Virus record (IMG/VR): IMGVR_UViG_3300006919_000234
Coordinates: 1-31,977 of that record
Direction: 5' to 3' (one strand)
DNA from: a virus
Taxonomy: Duplodnaviria > Caudoviricetes
DNA: 31,977 nucleotides
Shown: positions 18,701 through 27,920 of the stretch, in pieces
How positions within the stretch are numbered: the stretch's first letter is position 1
How the letters are laid out: every line of letters starts with the position of its first letter
Notes under the pieces: generated by a model
Told to the model about the DNA's origin: nothing
Databases searched by the model: none
Seen by the model: only the letters and a program-made list of their open reading frames with translations
Program-made: the position numbers and the translations under genes

Positions 18701-19616
18701 TAACATCTTTAAGAGTTGATTCTTTTTTAATGTTATCTTTTGAAACCTTTAATACAATAGGATTATCTAATACAAGAGTTGGAATAGCTGATATAGTTAT
18801 CGTATCTCCTTCGTTAAACCCTTGACCTCCAGAGTCAATTACGATAACGCTACTAACAAAGTCATTAGTAAAAAAAACTTTCAAAGTAGCCCCACTTCCA
18901 GAGCCACTTGTATCATATGAGGTTACTTCGTATCCTGAACTACTAGCTCCAACGACATTAACTGTATCAATTATTTCTAAACGTGAGTTTACTTGCAATG
19001 CATAAGGAACTTCTGTTTCTTCATTCTTTAAAAAACTAATTGGCTTCCAAGGGTAATACCTAGACACAGATATGTCTTCTTCTTTTGAGTAGTAAACATA
19101 AGTAGAACCACCAGCCCTTGCGTTAGCATTTTCAATAGCGGTTTTTACATTTATTTTTCTTGGTTGATTTCTGTCGTCTGTAAAAAACAGTAAGTCTTCT
19201 AGCAAGTTAATACCAAGTATTCTTTTATTTTTTGCAAAGTTTAAAAAACTTCCACTAACCAAAACAGTTCCCTGAGCAGAGTTAAGGTCATACAAACAAA
19301 TGTAGTGACTTGATGTTGATGGAGCGTAGTGAGAAAGTCCATCAGAAGATGTGTCGTTCCAGTCAGTTATAAAAGCAAAAATTCTATTGTTTGTACTATC
19401 TATATAAAAACCAATTATTTCTAAATTAACACCTGTTAATCCGAAGTCAGTTAGCAAAACATTACCACTAACATTTTGTAATAAACCAGAGTCACTACCC
19501 TCAGAATTTATTATTGCCGCATTTCTTGCGTCTATGTACTCTTGGTTTGAAATCATCCTTGGGTTAAGGTCTTTGTTCATCTTAGCCCCGACAAATATAT
19601 TTTTAACTTCTGGCAT
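15759..19616 (-). CDS. Tail stabilization/muzzle protein, N-terminal-type subunit (1285 aa)
   Basis: N-terminal F..KMNKDLNPR..EYIDARN, LLFFTDDRNQPRKINV, RFSYRFKY, GNRVIYGNY, YKVGIVLADKFGR motifs; follows the ring genes. Confidence 0.75.
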   Translation of the reverse strand: MPEVKNIFVGAKMNKDLNPRMISNQEYIDARNAAIINSEGSDSGLLQNVSGNVLLTDFGLTGVNLEIIGFYIDSTNNRIFAFITDWNDTSSDGLSHYAPSTSSHYICLYDLNSAQGTVLVSGSFLNFAKNKRILGINLLEDLLFFTDDRNQPRKINVKTAIENANARAGGSTYVYYSKEEDISVSRYYPWKPISFLKNEETEVPYALQVNSRLEIIDTVNVVGASSSGYEVTSYDTSGSGSGATLKVFFTNDFVSSVIVIDSGGQGFNEGDTITISAIPTLVLDNPIVLKVSKDNIKKESTLKDVTSKNLPGAATVTVATKISNTQFTVASAISGNWVGATISAVQPPPNSQERFNALSGITITDVSIDGLTITHTEISEIQQDDIVTLGANPYYSNTFNGDSNFLSDKFIRFSYRFKYDNNEYSLSAPFSQIAFIPNQDGYFLEDSVPSNINDDDANSDENNAVKSTIISFFENKINQAELIIPLPEDIPNGESLVDILKVQEIDILYKESDKTSIQVLDTISNSDLRLEDSDTISYKYSSQSPVKTLPTNDSTRASDKTPIRAKTQEVTGNRVIYGNYLVRTARPNSINYIATTSEKNKLGNFNSFSELEYPNSVLKQNRSYKVGIVLADKFGRQSDVITSKNSTVYCEYRNTPGDFITDSATEKSIYRGSSLKVDFISKIPELLDVPGYAGLYSETNPLGWYTYKVVVQQKEQDYYNVFLPTILNNYPQENAGKQLDPPNPTPVTPVPTKSQSTAFITLFSDNINKVPRDLKEVGAQDLQFSSSVNLFGRVYNNEWDGTEPTSKQFIPNTTPDKVTLIGTRNEIGLDKMVDGEPYTVSPFYSIPSPSGGPVLSTQTGANPYIGEVSTQKLIGATGGDNVGPDLTNNSQVSFNLTRLNVYETAPVESNLDIFYETGTSGLISELNQSIETAVTELIPASIDGWSFNLTESTAPSTIISLNSFDILTNQGLSLSQKALDSTITLTGKIVDVVNGVNESVVDNKLFILKQTANKKFQIETGPNANFVYKSNSYQVDNWKFVFEFTTTDIATGLVTSQRIIQDYGSSRLQNVFPKLVSPVTTIDFSYYDWTYAEKFFGGFRSREWKNPLGQYEYRLGHQIYTTKLSSFVAFNETIGVLDFRNGALSPLLDKEGMSYVIENVLYWDEWIIPFDPNGSQYSKWVDITDQEYIQRVVPENRDQKVLEGINTFSLLVNQNGNLEIQAVRSRLQWFNKVQVTPIGTFRDVVYKLVLKVRDSTNYSNGSYGIGSEGWNKISVYVRVYGSSLS

Positions 19617-19622
19617 ATTATA

Positions 19623-20783
19623 TTATTTTATCCACTTAGATTTACCTCTCATAAGCTGCGTAAGCTCACCAATTTTAATGTTAGATAACCTTATCTTAGC
19701 GTTTCTTAACTTTGCACTCCTCTCTCTTTTTAATCTATTAACGATGTACTCAGGTTGGTTAATTCTTGTAGAAATAATTGCGTGGCTTATATGGGCATAC
19801 ATAGCGTCTTCTATCATCTTCGGGACTCTAGTATCCAAGTCATACGCTAAACCGTCTGAGATGTACTCTATGACGATTATACGGCCTTTTAAATTGCTTG
19901 AGAAAGTAAACACTCCTCTTACCTCATCAATTCCAAACCATCCGTTATTTTGAGTTAGTACAGGGTCTGCTCCATATCTTTGTCCGTATGCTCCTCCCCA
20001 ATATAAACTGTTAGCGTACATATCGTCAACATTGTATCCTGCATTTATAGACTCTTCAGTGTATAGCCCAGTTACTTTTTTAGTGTCTGCTGCTCTCCAT
20101 CTTTCCACCGTTTGAGATGGGTCTGTGTTTACATTCTCCCCAAGATTATCTTGAACAATTTCACTTGTTGAGTCTTGTTCAGGAGCTTCTGCTGGATTTA
20201 TTGTAAGGTTTGTATTTGGGTATATGATTCTTTTTACACCTAAGTCATCAATCCAAGATAGCCTAACGTAGTTCACATAGTCTTGTGGTATAACTGCTGT
20301 TAGACTTGGCGATATAGTTAGCTCTTGTGACTTAATACTTTTTAGTGTGTCGTAACTAAACTCTTGCATTCCACGTTTTGCGTGAAATATTATGTCAGTT
20401 CTTTTAGCACTTGGTATAAGCTTCCCTGCTCCAACGTAAGCAACGATAAAGTTATTTATGACATCATTTAACGATGTGTACTGATAACCTCCGTAGTTCC
20501 CTTCTTTTGCTGTTTCAATAAGACTTACAACAACTGCGGCATCGTTAATAGGTGCTACATCGAATGTAATTGTATTTGTTGCAGATAAGGTATAGTTAGT
20601 TACAATTATTCCATTAACTGTTACAGAAAAGTTTGTATTAGAAACACCTGCTACCGTTGCAACTAAATCAGTGTTAAATGTGCATATAAAAATTCTGTTG
20701 ACTGCATCTCCAGTAAAAGCCTGCTGTCCAGCGTAGTATTGTGCATTAGTTTCGGTGATTAAACCACCATTTGGATTTGGCAT
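19623..20783 (-). CDS. Tail tubular/ring protein (386 aa)
   Basis: SLNDVINNF..KRGMQEFSYD..PQDYVNYVRLS..IEYISDGL..VPK..EDAMYAHI motifs; synteny. Confidence 0.65.
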   Translation of the reverse strand: MPNPNGGLITETNAQYYAGQQAFTGDAVNRIFICTFNTDLVATVAGVSNTNFSVTVNGIIVTNYTLSATNTITFDVAPINDAAVVVSLIETAKEGNYGGYQYTSLNDVINNFIVAYVGAGKLIPSAKRTDIIFHAKRGMQEFSYDTLKSIKSQELTISPSLTAVIPQDYVNYVRLSWIDDLGVKRIIYPNTNLTINPAEAPEQDSTSEIVQDNLGENVNTDPSQTVERWRAADTKKVTGLYTEESINAGYNVDDMYANSLYWGGAYGQRYGADPVLTQNNGWFGIDEVRGVFTFSSNLKGRIIVIEYISDGLAYDLDTRVPKMIEDAMYAHISHAIISTRINQPEYIVNRLKRERSAKLRNAKIRLSNIKIGELTQLMRGKSKWIK

Positions 20784-20789
20784 ATCTTA

Positions 20790-21851
20790 TTAGCTTTTTT
20801 CGTTTATTTCATCTCTCTGTACTTGGCTTGCAGCAACCTGCACAATCTGTGGGTCTTTTATTACAACACCAAAGTAAAATAATGTTCTAAGTATAAAGTT
20901 AGTCTGCTCAGATACATCAAGTTCAATTTGAGTGGAACCATATGTGCTGTTACCATTAAAGTCTGATGCCTGTAAAAGAATTTCAACAGGACCACTAGCT
21001 AAAGGTGTTCCAAAAACACTTTCATCTACAGTTATTTGTTGACCTCCTGATGGAAGATAGTTTATTCCTGGAGCGTTAACACCAACACTTGAAACAACTC
21101 CGTTTAATATTGTAATTGAAATATCTAACCCAGAACCTGGACCAAAAGAGTTCCACTCAGGGTACAAAGGGTCATTAACAATTCCTCTATAAGTTCCGTC
21201 TATAGGATAATTTGTAACAGAACTAATTACACTATTTGTTAATGAGTTAGGCCCTGTATTTACAGATGTTACGTTGTATACATTACTGTCGTATATGTAT
21301 TGTCCAACACTACCAACAGAGTACCCCCATCTAGGTTCAGAAGGTATTCTTAAGTAGCTAACACCTATTGAAGATGTTATTGTACTTGGCTTTACATAAA
21401 GCCTATTATTCTCAAGTAAGTATGTTGGAAATGATTCTGTAGATTTTGTTAGAGGAGATTTTTGGATGTTGTAGAACTCCATTCTTTGAAGTCTTTGTAG
21501 TTCAACTTCGTCTTTGTATGTTACAGCCCCTAGTCTGTAAATTGGTAAGTCCTTACCTGCTTCTTTTAATTCAAAGTATATATCAGATGGAACATTTGCA
21601 TTATACGTTGTACCACTAAATGTTTTAAATATTGAAATCTTTTCATCAATATTGGCAATCCTGTCTGCGTAATCTGTATCACTTTGAGGAACCCTTAACT
21701 GTTGGTTTAAGTCATCACAGTACTGCTCAAAAATTTCTAATTGAACTTGGTTAGATATTCTATTAAACTCATCTGGAGTAACATATCCCCTTTCCTCTTT
21801 GTTAAGTATTAATAATACAGTCTTATATACCGTATCTATATTTATTGCCAT
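20790..21851 (-). CDS. Head-tail adaptor/ring protein (353 aa)
   Basis: VLLILNKEERGYVTPDEFN..Q motif and Y.R.P..P.W motif; synteny after the capsid genes. Confidence 0.6.
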   Translation of the reverse strand: MAINIDTVYKTVLLILNKEERGYVTPDEFNRISNQVQLEIFEQYCDDLNQQLRVPQSDTDYADRIANIDEKISIFKTFSGTTYNANVPSDIYFELKEAGKDLPIYRLGAVTYKDEVELQRLQRMEFYNIQKSPLTKSTESFPTYLLENNRLYVKPSTITSSIGVSYLRIPSEPRWGYSVGSVGQYIYDSNVYNVTSVNTGPNSLTNSVISSVTNYPIDGTYRGIVNDPLYPEWNSFGPGSGLDISITILNGVVSSVGVNAPGINYLPSGGQQITVDESVFGTPLASGPVEILLQASDFNGNSTYGSTQIELDVSEQTNFILRTLFYFGVVIKDPQIVQVAASQVQRDEINEKS

Positions 21852-21868
21852 ATTAATATTTTGTTTTA

Positions 21869-21910
21869 TTTACAAAAATAGGCCAACCGAAGTTGACCTA
21901 CCCCTGTAAA
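21869..21910 (-). terminator. Intrinsic terminator/stem-loop with C(UUCG)G loop
   Basis: Minus strand UAGGUCAAC-UUCG-GUUGGCCUA-UUUUU; G-U pairs work only on the minus strand. Confidence 0.8.
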
Positions 21911-21922
21911 TATAGTTACATA

Positions 21923-22690
21923 TTAAGAGAATTTTTTCTCTATACTTTTGTATACTAGCATACCCTCGTCAGTTTTAAACCAACTAGCTAATGCTGAGTA
22001 TGGGTGTTCGTCAAATGGTACTTCCATTAACTTCTTGCCATTAACAGACCAAGCAAATGTCTTCTGGTCAGACGATAACTTTATAATACCAGCTTCTGTT
22101 GCTTTAATCCCAAAGCTTCTAAGTTCAACATTTTCATCGTTTGCAAGACTAATAAATAATGCTGGATTGTTTTTAGCAAGTAGCATTAAGTCTCTTTTTA
22201 ACTCTTTGCTTGTCATTTTAGACACAGCACTACCAAGCTCGGTTCTTAGTATTGCCTCTGCGTGGTCAACCTCTAATTGTAGTGCTAAATTTAAAGCTTC
22301 AATTTCAAGCTCAATATCCTCTAACTCGTTTACTGCTTCAGCAACTTGGTCTTGCTCTGCATACATCTTGTTTCTTAAAGGATGGTATAGAGACAAAAGT
22401 TTTTGTAAGTTTTGTTTTTCTTTAGGAACCATTAACACTCCATTTTTAAAAACAATATGAGCCAATGTTACAGGCCCATTTTGTTCATCTACAAATGGGG
22501 ATAGTTGATTTGTTGCGTACCTAAGTTCTCTTTCGTATCCTAGTTCTGGGTCAAAGTACATTAGTGGATGTCTTTGAGAGTGCTTAGATGCCAATGTTAA
22601 AGTTAAAGGCGATACGTTATTTTTTAGATAGTAAAGTCTATCTTTAATTTCCCACTTTGCAGTAGAATTTGTTTTTTCTTTTTTTGCCAT
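21923..22690 (-). CDS. Conserved phage protein downstream of MCP (255 aa), function unknown
   Basis: Intact ORF bounded by two hairpins; RELRYATNQ.SPFVDEQ motif. Confidence 0.8.
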   Translation of the reverse strand: MAKKEKTNSTAKWEIKDRLYYLKNNVSPLTLTLASKHSQRHPLMYFDPELGYERELRYATNQLSPFVDEQNGPVTLAHIVFKNGVLMVPKEKQNLQKLLSLYHPLRNKMYAEQDQVAEAVNELEDIELEIEALNLALQLEVDHAEAILRTELGSAVSKMTSKELKRDLMLLAKNNPALFISLANDENVELRSFGIKATEAGIIKLSSDQKTFAWSVNGKKLMEVPFDEHPYSALASWFKTDEGMLVYKSIEKKFS

Positions 22691-22727
22691 AATAAAATAT
22701 AATATAATATAAAAAATAATAATAAGA

Positions 22728-22767
22728 GTAATAGTTACCCCCGTCTAAAAAACGAGGGTAACATTAC
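22728..22767 (-). terminator. Stem-loop/terminator after major capsid gene
   Basis: Minus strand GUAAU-GUUACCCUCGU-loop-ACGGGGGUAAC-U-AUUAC followed by a U/A-rich tract. Confidence 0.7.
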
Positions 22768-22782
22768 AATAAATGATTGCTG

Positions 22783-24282
22783 TTACGCAGTCTTTGTAAA
22801 TAATACAAAGTTGTTAGCAGCTTGAGTAACTAAACATCTTTCAGATAAGAAGTTAACTCTCATTACATCTTCAGCAGAAGTATAAGCACCACCTACAGAA
22901 CCAGTAATCCAAGACTTCATTCTTCTGTCGTCAGCTTCAGAAGCTCTGTATCTAACGTGCAAGAATGGTCGTCTGATGTTAGTTCCTAACATTTGGTCAT
23001 ACACTGTACTTGTTCCAGCAGGAACCATAACACCTTCTACGTTATCAATCAACCCACGAGTTGAAGCATCGTTTAAGTATTTCCAGTCAGTCTTATAGAA
23101 GTCGTAAGAACCTCTTCTAAATCCGCTAAATCCTAAGTTTAACGCCATTTCTTCAGAGTTCTCAAAAACACCATAAGAAGTACCACCAGCACCATAAGAG
23201 TTCTGAGCAGCTAACATATCATCAAAATCAAGAGTTGTAGCTCTGTCTAAAAATAACATATTTTCCTCAATAGCTCCTTGCTTGTCAAGGTTTTCAAGAA
23301 TGTTGTCAAAGTCTTGCAAAGCACTTCTTTGTCCAGCTCCAGAAGTTCCAGTTCCATTAGCATAGTTTTGGTATACATTTCCTCTTGCAGTAATTGCAGC
23401 AAAAAGACCTTCAGTACCAGCACTAGAAACTCCAGCAGTTGACAAAGCAGCAGGAACAGCAGAAGTAGCAACAGCTAACTCTCCTTCAACCATTGCCATT
23501 TCTAAGTAATCTTGAAAACGTAATCTTGTTTCCCCTTCAGACTTCAAGTACCACAAATATCCATTTGTTCCATCTTCAGCAGCAACTTCAACCCATCCAA
23601 TTTGTGCAGCATCAGAACCATTAATTTCGTAGTTATCCTTAATGATAATTGGCTTGTTGCTGTACTGTGTAAATGAAGCCTCTAAAGAACCATCCATCCC
23701 AAATTGACCTTTAGCAAACTCAGAACCATAAACAAATATGTTTATTGTGTCGTTTAATGCAAATCCAGCAGTGCCTAAATTAGAAGCAGTATAAGGTAAT
23801 ACTGTAAATTCTTTAGCATTGTCGCCATCAGGGTTTATTGCCGAAACATAACCTTTAATTGTAACTCCTACTCCAGTTCCAGTAACACCTTCAATAACAA
23901 CTGTGTTTCCTTTTCTAATTGCCATATTATGACCTGAACCTAAAGTAATTCTACCATCGGCAACAACTCCAACTGTAACAGATTCAGCAGTATTAGCAGC
24001 TCCTGAAGTCTCGTATCCAATATGCAATCTATTTTGTTCAGACCATACAACTTGGTCAGAAGTCATTGGCATTTCTGCACCAACCATTCTTAAGAATCCT
24101 GATAGAGTTCTGTTTCCGTATCTCTCTACCTCAGCTTCGTAAAGTTCTGGTAGGTATTGTTGTGCAAAGTTTCCACCTGTATCGCTAGTGAAATCAATGT
24201 AATTAGATGCCAATAAAGATTTAGTTGGCATTGGTTTTAGGTCAAATACACCTAAAGGGTCGTTAGTTCCAAATTGTCCCAT
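22783..24282 (-). CDS. Major capsid protein (499 aa)
   Basis: QQYLPELYEAEVERYGNRT, WSEQNRLH, YGSEFAKG, TEGLFAAI..RGN, GFSGFRRGSYDFYKTDWKYLND, NFLSERCL motifs; follows the scaffold gene and precedes a terminator. Confidence 0.88.
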   Translation of the reverse strand: MGQFGTNDPLGVFDLKPMPTKSLLASNYIDFTSDTGGNFAQQYLPELYEAEVERYGNRTLSGFLRMVGAEMPMTSDQVVWSEQNRLHIGYETSGAANTAESVTVGVVADGRITLGSGHNMAIRKGNTVVIEGVTGTGVGVTIKGYVSAINPDGDNAKEFTVLPYTASNLGTAGFALNDTINIFVYGSEFAKGQFGMDGSLEASFTQYSNKPIIIKDNYEINGSDAAQIGWVEVAAEDGTNGYLWYLKSEGETRLRFQDYLEMAMVEGELAVATSAVPAALSTAGVSSAGTEGLFAAITARGNVYQNYANGTGTSGAGQRSALQDFDNILENLDKQGAIEENMLFLDRATTLDFDDMLAAQNSYGAGGTSYGVFENSEEMALNLGFSGFRRGSYDFYKTDWKYLNDASTRGLIDNVEGVMVPAGTSTVYDQMLGTNIRRPFLHVRYRASEADDRRMKSWITGSVGGAYTSAEDVMRVNFLSERCLVTQAANNFVLFTKTA

Positions 24283-24303
24283 TTTTTTTTTAATTTTTAA
24301 AGT

Positions 24304-25482
24304 TTATTTTTTTATTTTTAATTTTGAAGAGTCCACTCCGCTTATAGCCTTAATTCTAAGTCCATTTATAAACACGCTATCACCAGAAGTTTGCCTTGGT
24401 TTGTCTGATAGATTCTTAGAACCATTCACAACCTCCTTAACAGCATCGGCTTTACCTTGCTCATAAAAGTGACTTGCAATCTTGTCTACGTTAGACGCAG
24501 CATACATCGCTTTATGATAGCCTTTATGGTCTGAAACTTCTCCCTTGTCATTCAGGAACTTCCCGATTATGTTAGAAAGTTCAGATTGTTTTTCAGCAAG
24601 ACTAGTTGGGTTATTAACGCCATACCTGAATTTTTTGTCACCAATATTAAAATCAAAACCTTTGAAATCGTTGTTGAACATTTCAGATGTAGCTTTTTTA
24701 AACCTGTCGTGCTTTTGGCTATTTAAGCTTTTCTCTTCGTTGTATCGGTTAAAGAATTCCATTGCTTTTTGTTGCTCTTGGGTTACGCCTGGTCTTAACT
24801 TAATCTCATCGTAATATTTACCCTTTAAGTCTTCTAAAAAGTTTTTGGCTTCTTGAACCTCTTCTTTGAACGCAAGCTTTTTCTTGCGTATATCTCTTTC
24901 TTCATCTAAGTCTTCGTCATACGAAAATTTATCTTCTAAAAGGAAATTAATCTCGTCATCATCAAGATGCGGTTTGCTTTTTTTGTAATACTCTTTTAAT
25001 AATGTGTTATTGTCTACTGTGCTGTAGTCAGCATTTAATCTAACATAATCTTCTACAGTACCACCTGTTTCTTCCATAAAAGAAACTAGCTTCTCAACAT
25101 TTTCAGGTAGTGGCTTTCCAGTAATGTTTGAGTCTCTAACAGCCTCTGACATTTCTTTTGAAACACTCTGAATCTCTTCTTCTTCTTCTTCTTTTATTTC
25201 TTGGATAGTAATAACCCCTTCATCTTGAATGGAGCCTTCCCCTGATGATACTTCTGTATCCACTTCTTGTACAGTTTCGGTTGGTTTATCTGCAACCACT
25301 GTTGTTGTTTCTTGCTCTTTATTGGCATTGTCTTGGTTTAAGTTAACCTTAGTAGGTTCTTCTTCAACTTTTTTATCTGTAGATAAATTTACTTTAGAAA
25401 CTTCAGGGGTTTTACCTAACTTTTTCATTTTAGGTTTACTCTTTATTTTAAAGTCACCTTCTTGTTTTACTTCTTCTGACAT
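24304..25482 (-). CDS. Probable capsid scaffolding/assembly protein (392 aa)
   Basis: Acidic disordered N-terminus, helical core (ETGGTVEDYVRLN), HFYEQGKADA; lies between portal and MCP. Confidence 0.7.
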   Translation of the reverse strand: MSEEVKQEGDFKIKSKPKMKKLGKTPEVSKVNLSTDKKVEEEPTKVNLNQDNANKEQETTTVVADKPTETVQEVDTEVSSGEGSIQDEGVITIQEIKEEEEEEIQSVSKEMSEAVRDSNITGKPLPENVEKLVSFMEETGGTVEDYVRLNADYSTVDNNTLLKEYYKKSKPHLDDDEINFLLEDKFSYDEDLDEERDIRKKKLAFKEEVQEAKNFLEDLKGKYYDEIKLRPGVTQEQQKAMEFFNRYNEEKSLNSQKHDRFKKATSEMFNNDFKGFDFNIGDKKFRYGVNNPTSLAEKQSELSNIIGKFLNDKGEVSDHKGYHKAMYAASNVDKIASHFYEQGKADAVKEVVNGSKNLSDKPRQTSGDSVFINGLRIKAISGVDSSKLKIKK

Positions 25483-25514
25483 AATATAATATAATATAAA
25501 TTAAAAAATTCTAT

Positions 25515-27920
25515 TTACTTTGGGTCAAATTGTCCTAAACCAATCCCCCCCATAACATCATTACCTAAACTTTCAAAGTTTTTCGGTAATAGGTTATTTT
25601 TTCTTTGGTCAATTAACTCAGATTGCTGAGTTCCTTGTATCTTTACTCTTTTATCTTTTCTATCTTCAATATTTTGTTCCTTTGACAATTCAGCATTTGC
25701 TCTAATCTGAGCTAGTTGCATATTAAAGTTAAACTCTTCAGCCATAAGACCTCTTTTTATTTCGGCCTCTGCTTGCATTCTTTCTATTTCAAACTGAGAT
25801 TTAGCTTGCTCAATACTAATTTTTTCTGCTGTTATTACTTGTTGCTTTTGAGTTTCAGCCATTGCAGCAGCTTCAGATGCTTGTGCGTTAGCTTGACTTT
25901 GAGCTTGTATATTTGCTTGCTGTGCTTGTTGTGCTTGTTGAATTTTCTTTTTTGTTCTATCCTTAAGCATTTCATTTGCAAGTTGAAGATTTTTTATTCT
26001 CCTTATATCAATAGCATCTTCAAGATTTATTCCTCCAGATTGCAAAGAAATTTGTATGTTTTGTTCTAACTGTGCTTTTTCTTCATCATCAGGCTCTAAC
26101 TCAAAAAATATTCCAAAGTCGTGTAAATTTAAATTAGCTACTTCTTTTAATGTTTCCACATTAAAATTAGTAATACTATTTATAAGAGAGTTAGATGTTA
26201 ATGCAAACTGCAATGAATCAGCAATTCTCATAGATATATTTTCACAAGCTCTAAGAGTTAAATAACAACTTGCTTGTAATATGTGTCTAGTTGCTACATT
26301 AGATTGATTAGCGGCCATTTTTTGAAGCCCTACAAGTGCATCCTTAGATGGAGCAGAACCATCTCTTGCCTCGTTCAATCCTGTAACGTCTCTTATCATT
26401 TGTAAGTAGTACTGATACGTTTGGATTAATGACTGTATCTTAGCTCCACCACTTGAGCTTGTAAGCTCTTGGATTGGAACCTTACCTCTATTCATTTCTC
26501 CATCTTGTGTCATTGACCTACCTAATACACTACCTGTTTGAAAGTACATATTAAGAGCTTCTGCTGGATTGTAGCTAGTTCCGTTTCCTAAGTCAACCTC
26601 TGCCAACCCGTCCACATCTAAGAATACTCCATCAGGGACCATCCTTGTCATAACTTGCTGTAGTTTCAAGTGTGTTATTTGAATCATATCAGCAAATCCT
26701 GTAATCTTACTTACAACAGATTCAATCCTTCCATTATACATTCTTGGTGCACACAGAACATAGTTCATTTCTACCTTAGTAGTATCTGCGTATGGTCTTG
26801 TCATATTTTCAGACAGTTCCCACTTCAACATTGTATTTGTTCCAAGAATTTTAGCACCACTGTAAAGAACCTCTATACTCCTTGATACTTTTTTAAATGT
26901 ATCATTTTCAGGTGGGTTAAAGTCATCTGATTTTTGTATAACTTTTTCTAACCCGTTTGGTCCTGTCTTTATTTTAAATACTTGGTTGTTGTAAGTCTTG
27001 TACTCAAAGTATAAAACTTGCACTGTATTTTCGTCATACCCTTTCCACCCAGTCAAGTACTCTCTATTGCCTGGCATATCTTCAATTCTTTTTAATTCCT
27101 CTTGAGGTATATTTGGAAATTGTTTTTTAAGTTCTGGTATTGTAACAGCTTTAACTTCTCCAATATAATATATATCTTCAAAGTTAGGGTCTTCAGTGTA
27201 TGAATAAACTAAATTTGCAGGGTCGCAGTACTCTACCTTTACCCCATTAGCTTTATTCCAATTTGTTTTGACAGCACCTATACCAAGAATGGTTAGGTCG
27301 TAATTAAATCTTTTTCTTATTTCATCAAACTTGTTTTTTGCAAGCACTTGATTTATGACTTCTTCTTCCGCTATCTCTATTGATTGTTTATAGTCTAATT
27401 GCATATGAAGAGATAACTCTTCTTTAGATTGAGGTAATTCTTCTGGATTGCTGGTATTGAAGGCATCTATACCTAAATTTTCTTTAAGTTTTAATAGTTG
27501 CTCTTTTGCCGCCATATCTTGCATTAAAGCAGAAGCGTAGTCAGTTCTTTTCTTTGCTGATTCGGGGTCTTGTGCATAAGCACTAATTTCATATTTTTTT
27601 TCTGTTATTCCGTTTGCAACTATATCTACAAACTTTGAAATTACAGGTACTGGTTTCCAGTCTAAGTTTAGATAAGAAAGGTCTCCATTTATAGCAAGTT
27701 CATCTTTATATTTTTGCACAGGTTGCTCACCTCTAGCGTATAATCTTAAACTATGAAAGTGATTATAATTTGTAGCAAATCTATTTCCATACCCTCCTTG
27801 ATTAAACCACTCAGACTCCACAGCTTGAGCAACTTGCCTTCCATATTCTGGACTATCTTTCTCAGCGTTAGTAACAACCTGGCTAGGAAATACGCTATTT
27901 GGATTTGCAACTACATTCAT
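25515..27920 (-). CDS. Portal protein (801 aa)
   Basis: LRLYARGEQ..KYK, LNLDWKPVP..KFVDIV, IRDVTGLNEARDGS, Gln-rich C-terminal barrel; abuts terL. Confidence 0.9.
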   Translation of the reverse strand: MNVVANPNSVFPSQVVTNAEKDSPEYGRQVAQAVESEWFNQGGYGNRFATNYNHFHSLRLYARGEQPVQKYKDELAINGDLSYLNLDWKPVPVISKFVDIVANGITEKKYEISAYAQDPESAKKRTDYASALMQDMAAKEQLLKLKENLGIDAFNTSNPEELPQSKEELSLHMQLDYKQSIEIAEEEVINQVLAKNKFDEIRKRFNYDLTILGIGAVKTNWNKANGVKVEYCDPANLVYSYTEDPNFEDIYYIGEVKAVTIPELKKQFPNIPQEELKRIEDMPGNREYLTGWKGYDENTVQVLYFEYKTYNNQVFKIKTGPNGLEKVIQKSDDFNPPENDTFKKVSRSIEVLYSGAKILGTNTMLKWELSENMTRPYADTTKVEMNYVLCAPRMYNGRIESVVSKITGFADMIQITHLKLQQVMTRMVPDGVFLDVDGLAEVDLGNGTSYNPAEALNMYFQTGSVLGRSMTQDGEMNRGKVPIQELTSSSGGAKIQSLIQTYQYYLQMIRDVTGLNEARDGSAPSKDALVGLQKMAANQSNVATRHILQASCYLTLRACENISMRIADSLQFALTSNSLINSITNFNVETLKEVANLNLHDFGIFFELEPDDEEKAQLEQNIQISLQSGGINLEDAIDIRRIKNLQLANEMLKDRTKKKIQQAQQAQQANIQAQSQANAQASEAAAMAETQKQQVITAEKISIEQAKSQFEIERMQAEAEIKRGLMAEEFNFNMQLAQIRANAELSKEQNIEDRKDKRVKIQGTQQSELIDQRKNNLLPKNFESLGNDVMGGIGLGQFDPK

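Noticed and set aside
21873-21880. TAnnTTTG promoter match on the minus strand
   Set aside because: Coincides with the terminator U-tract and is probably incidental
23247-23471. 74-aa Leu-rich alternative-frame ORF in the MCP gene (also 30906-31139)
   Set aside because: By-product of GCT/ACT/GTT codon bias in the main frame; no independent support
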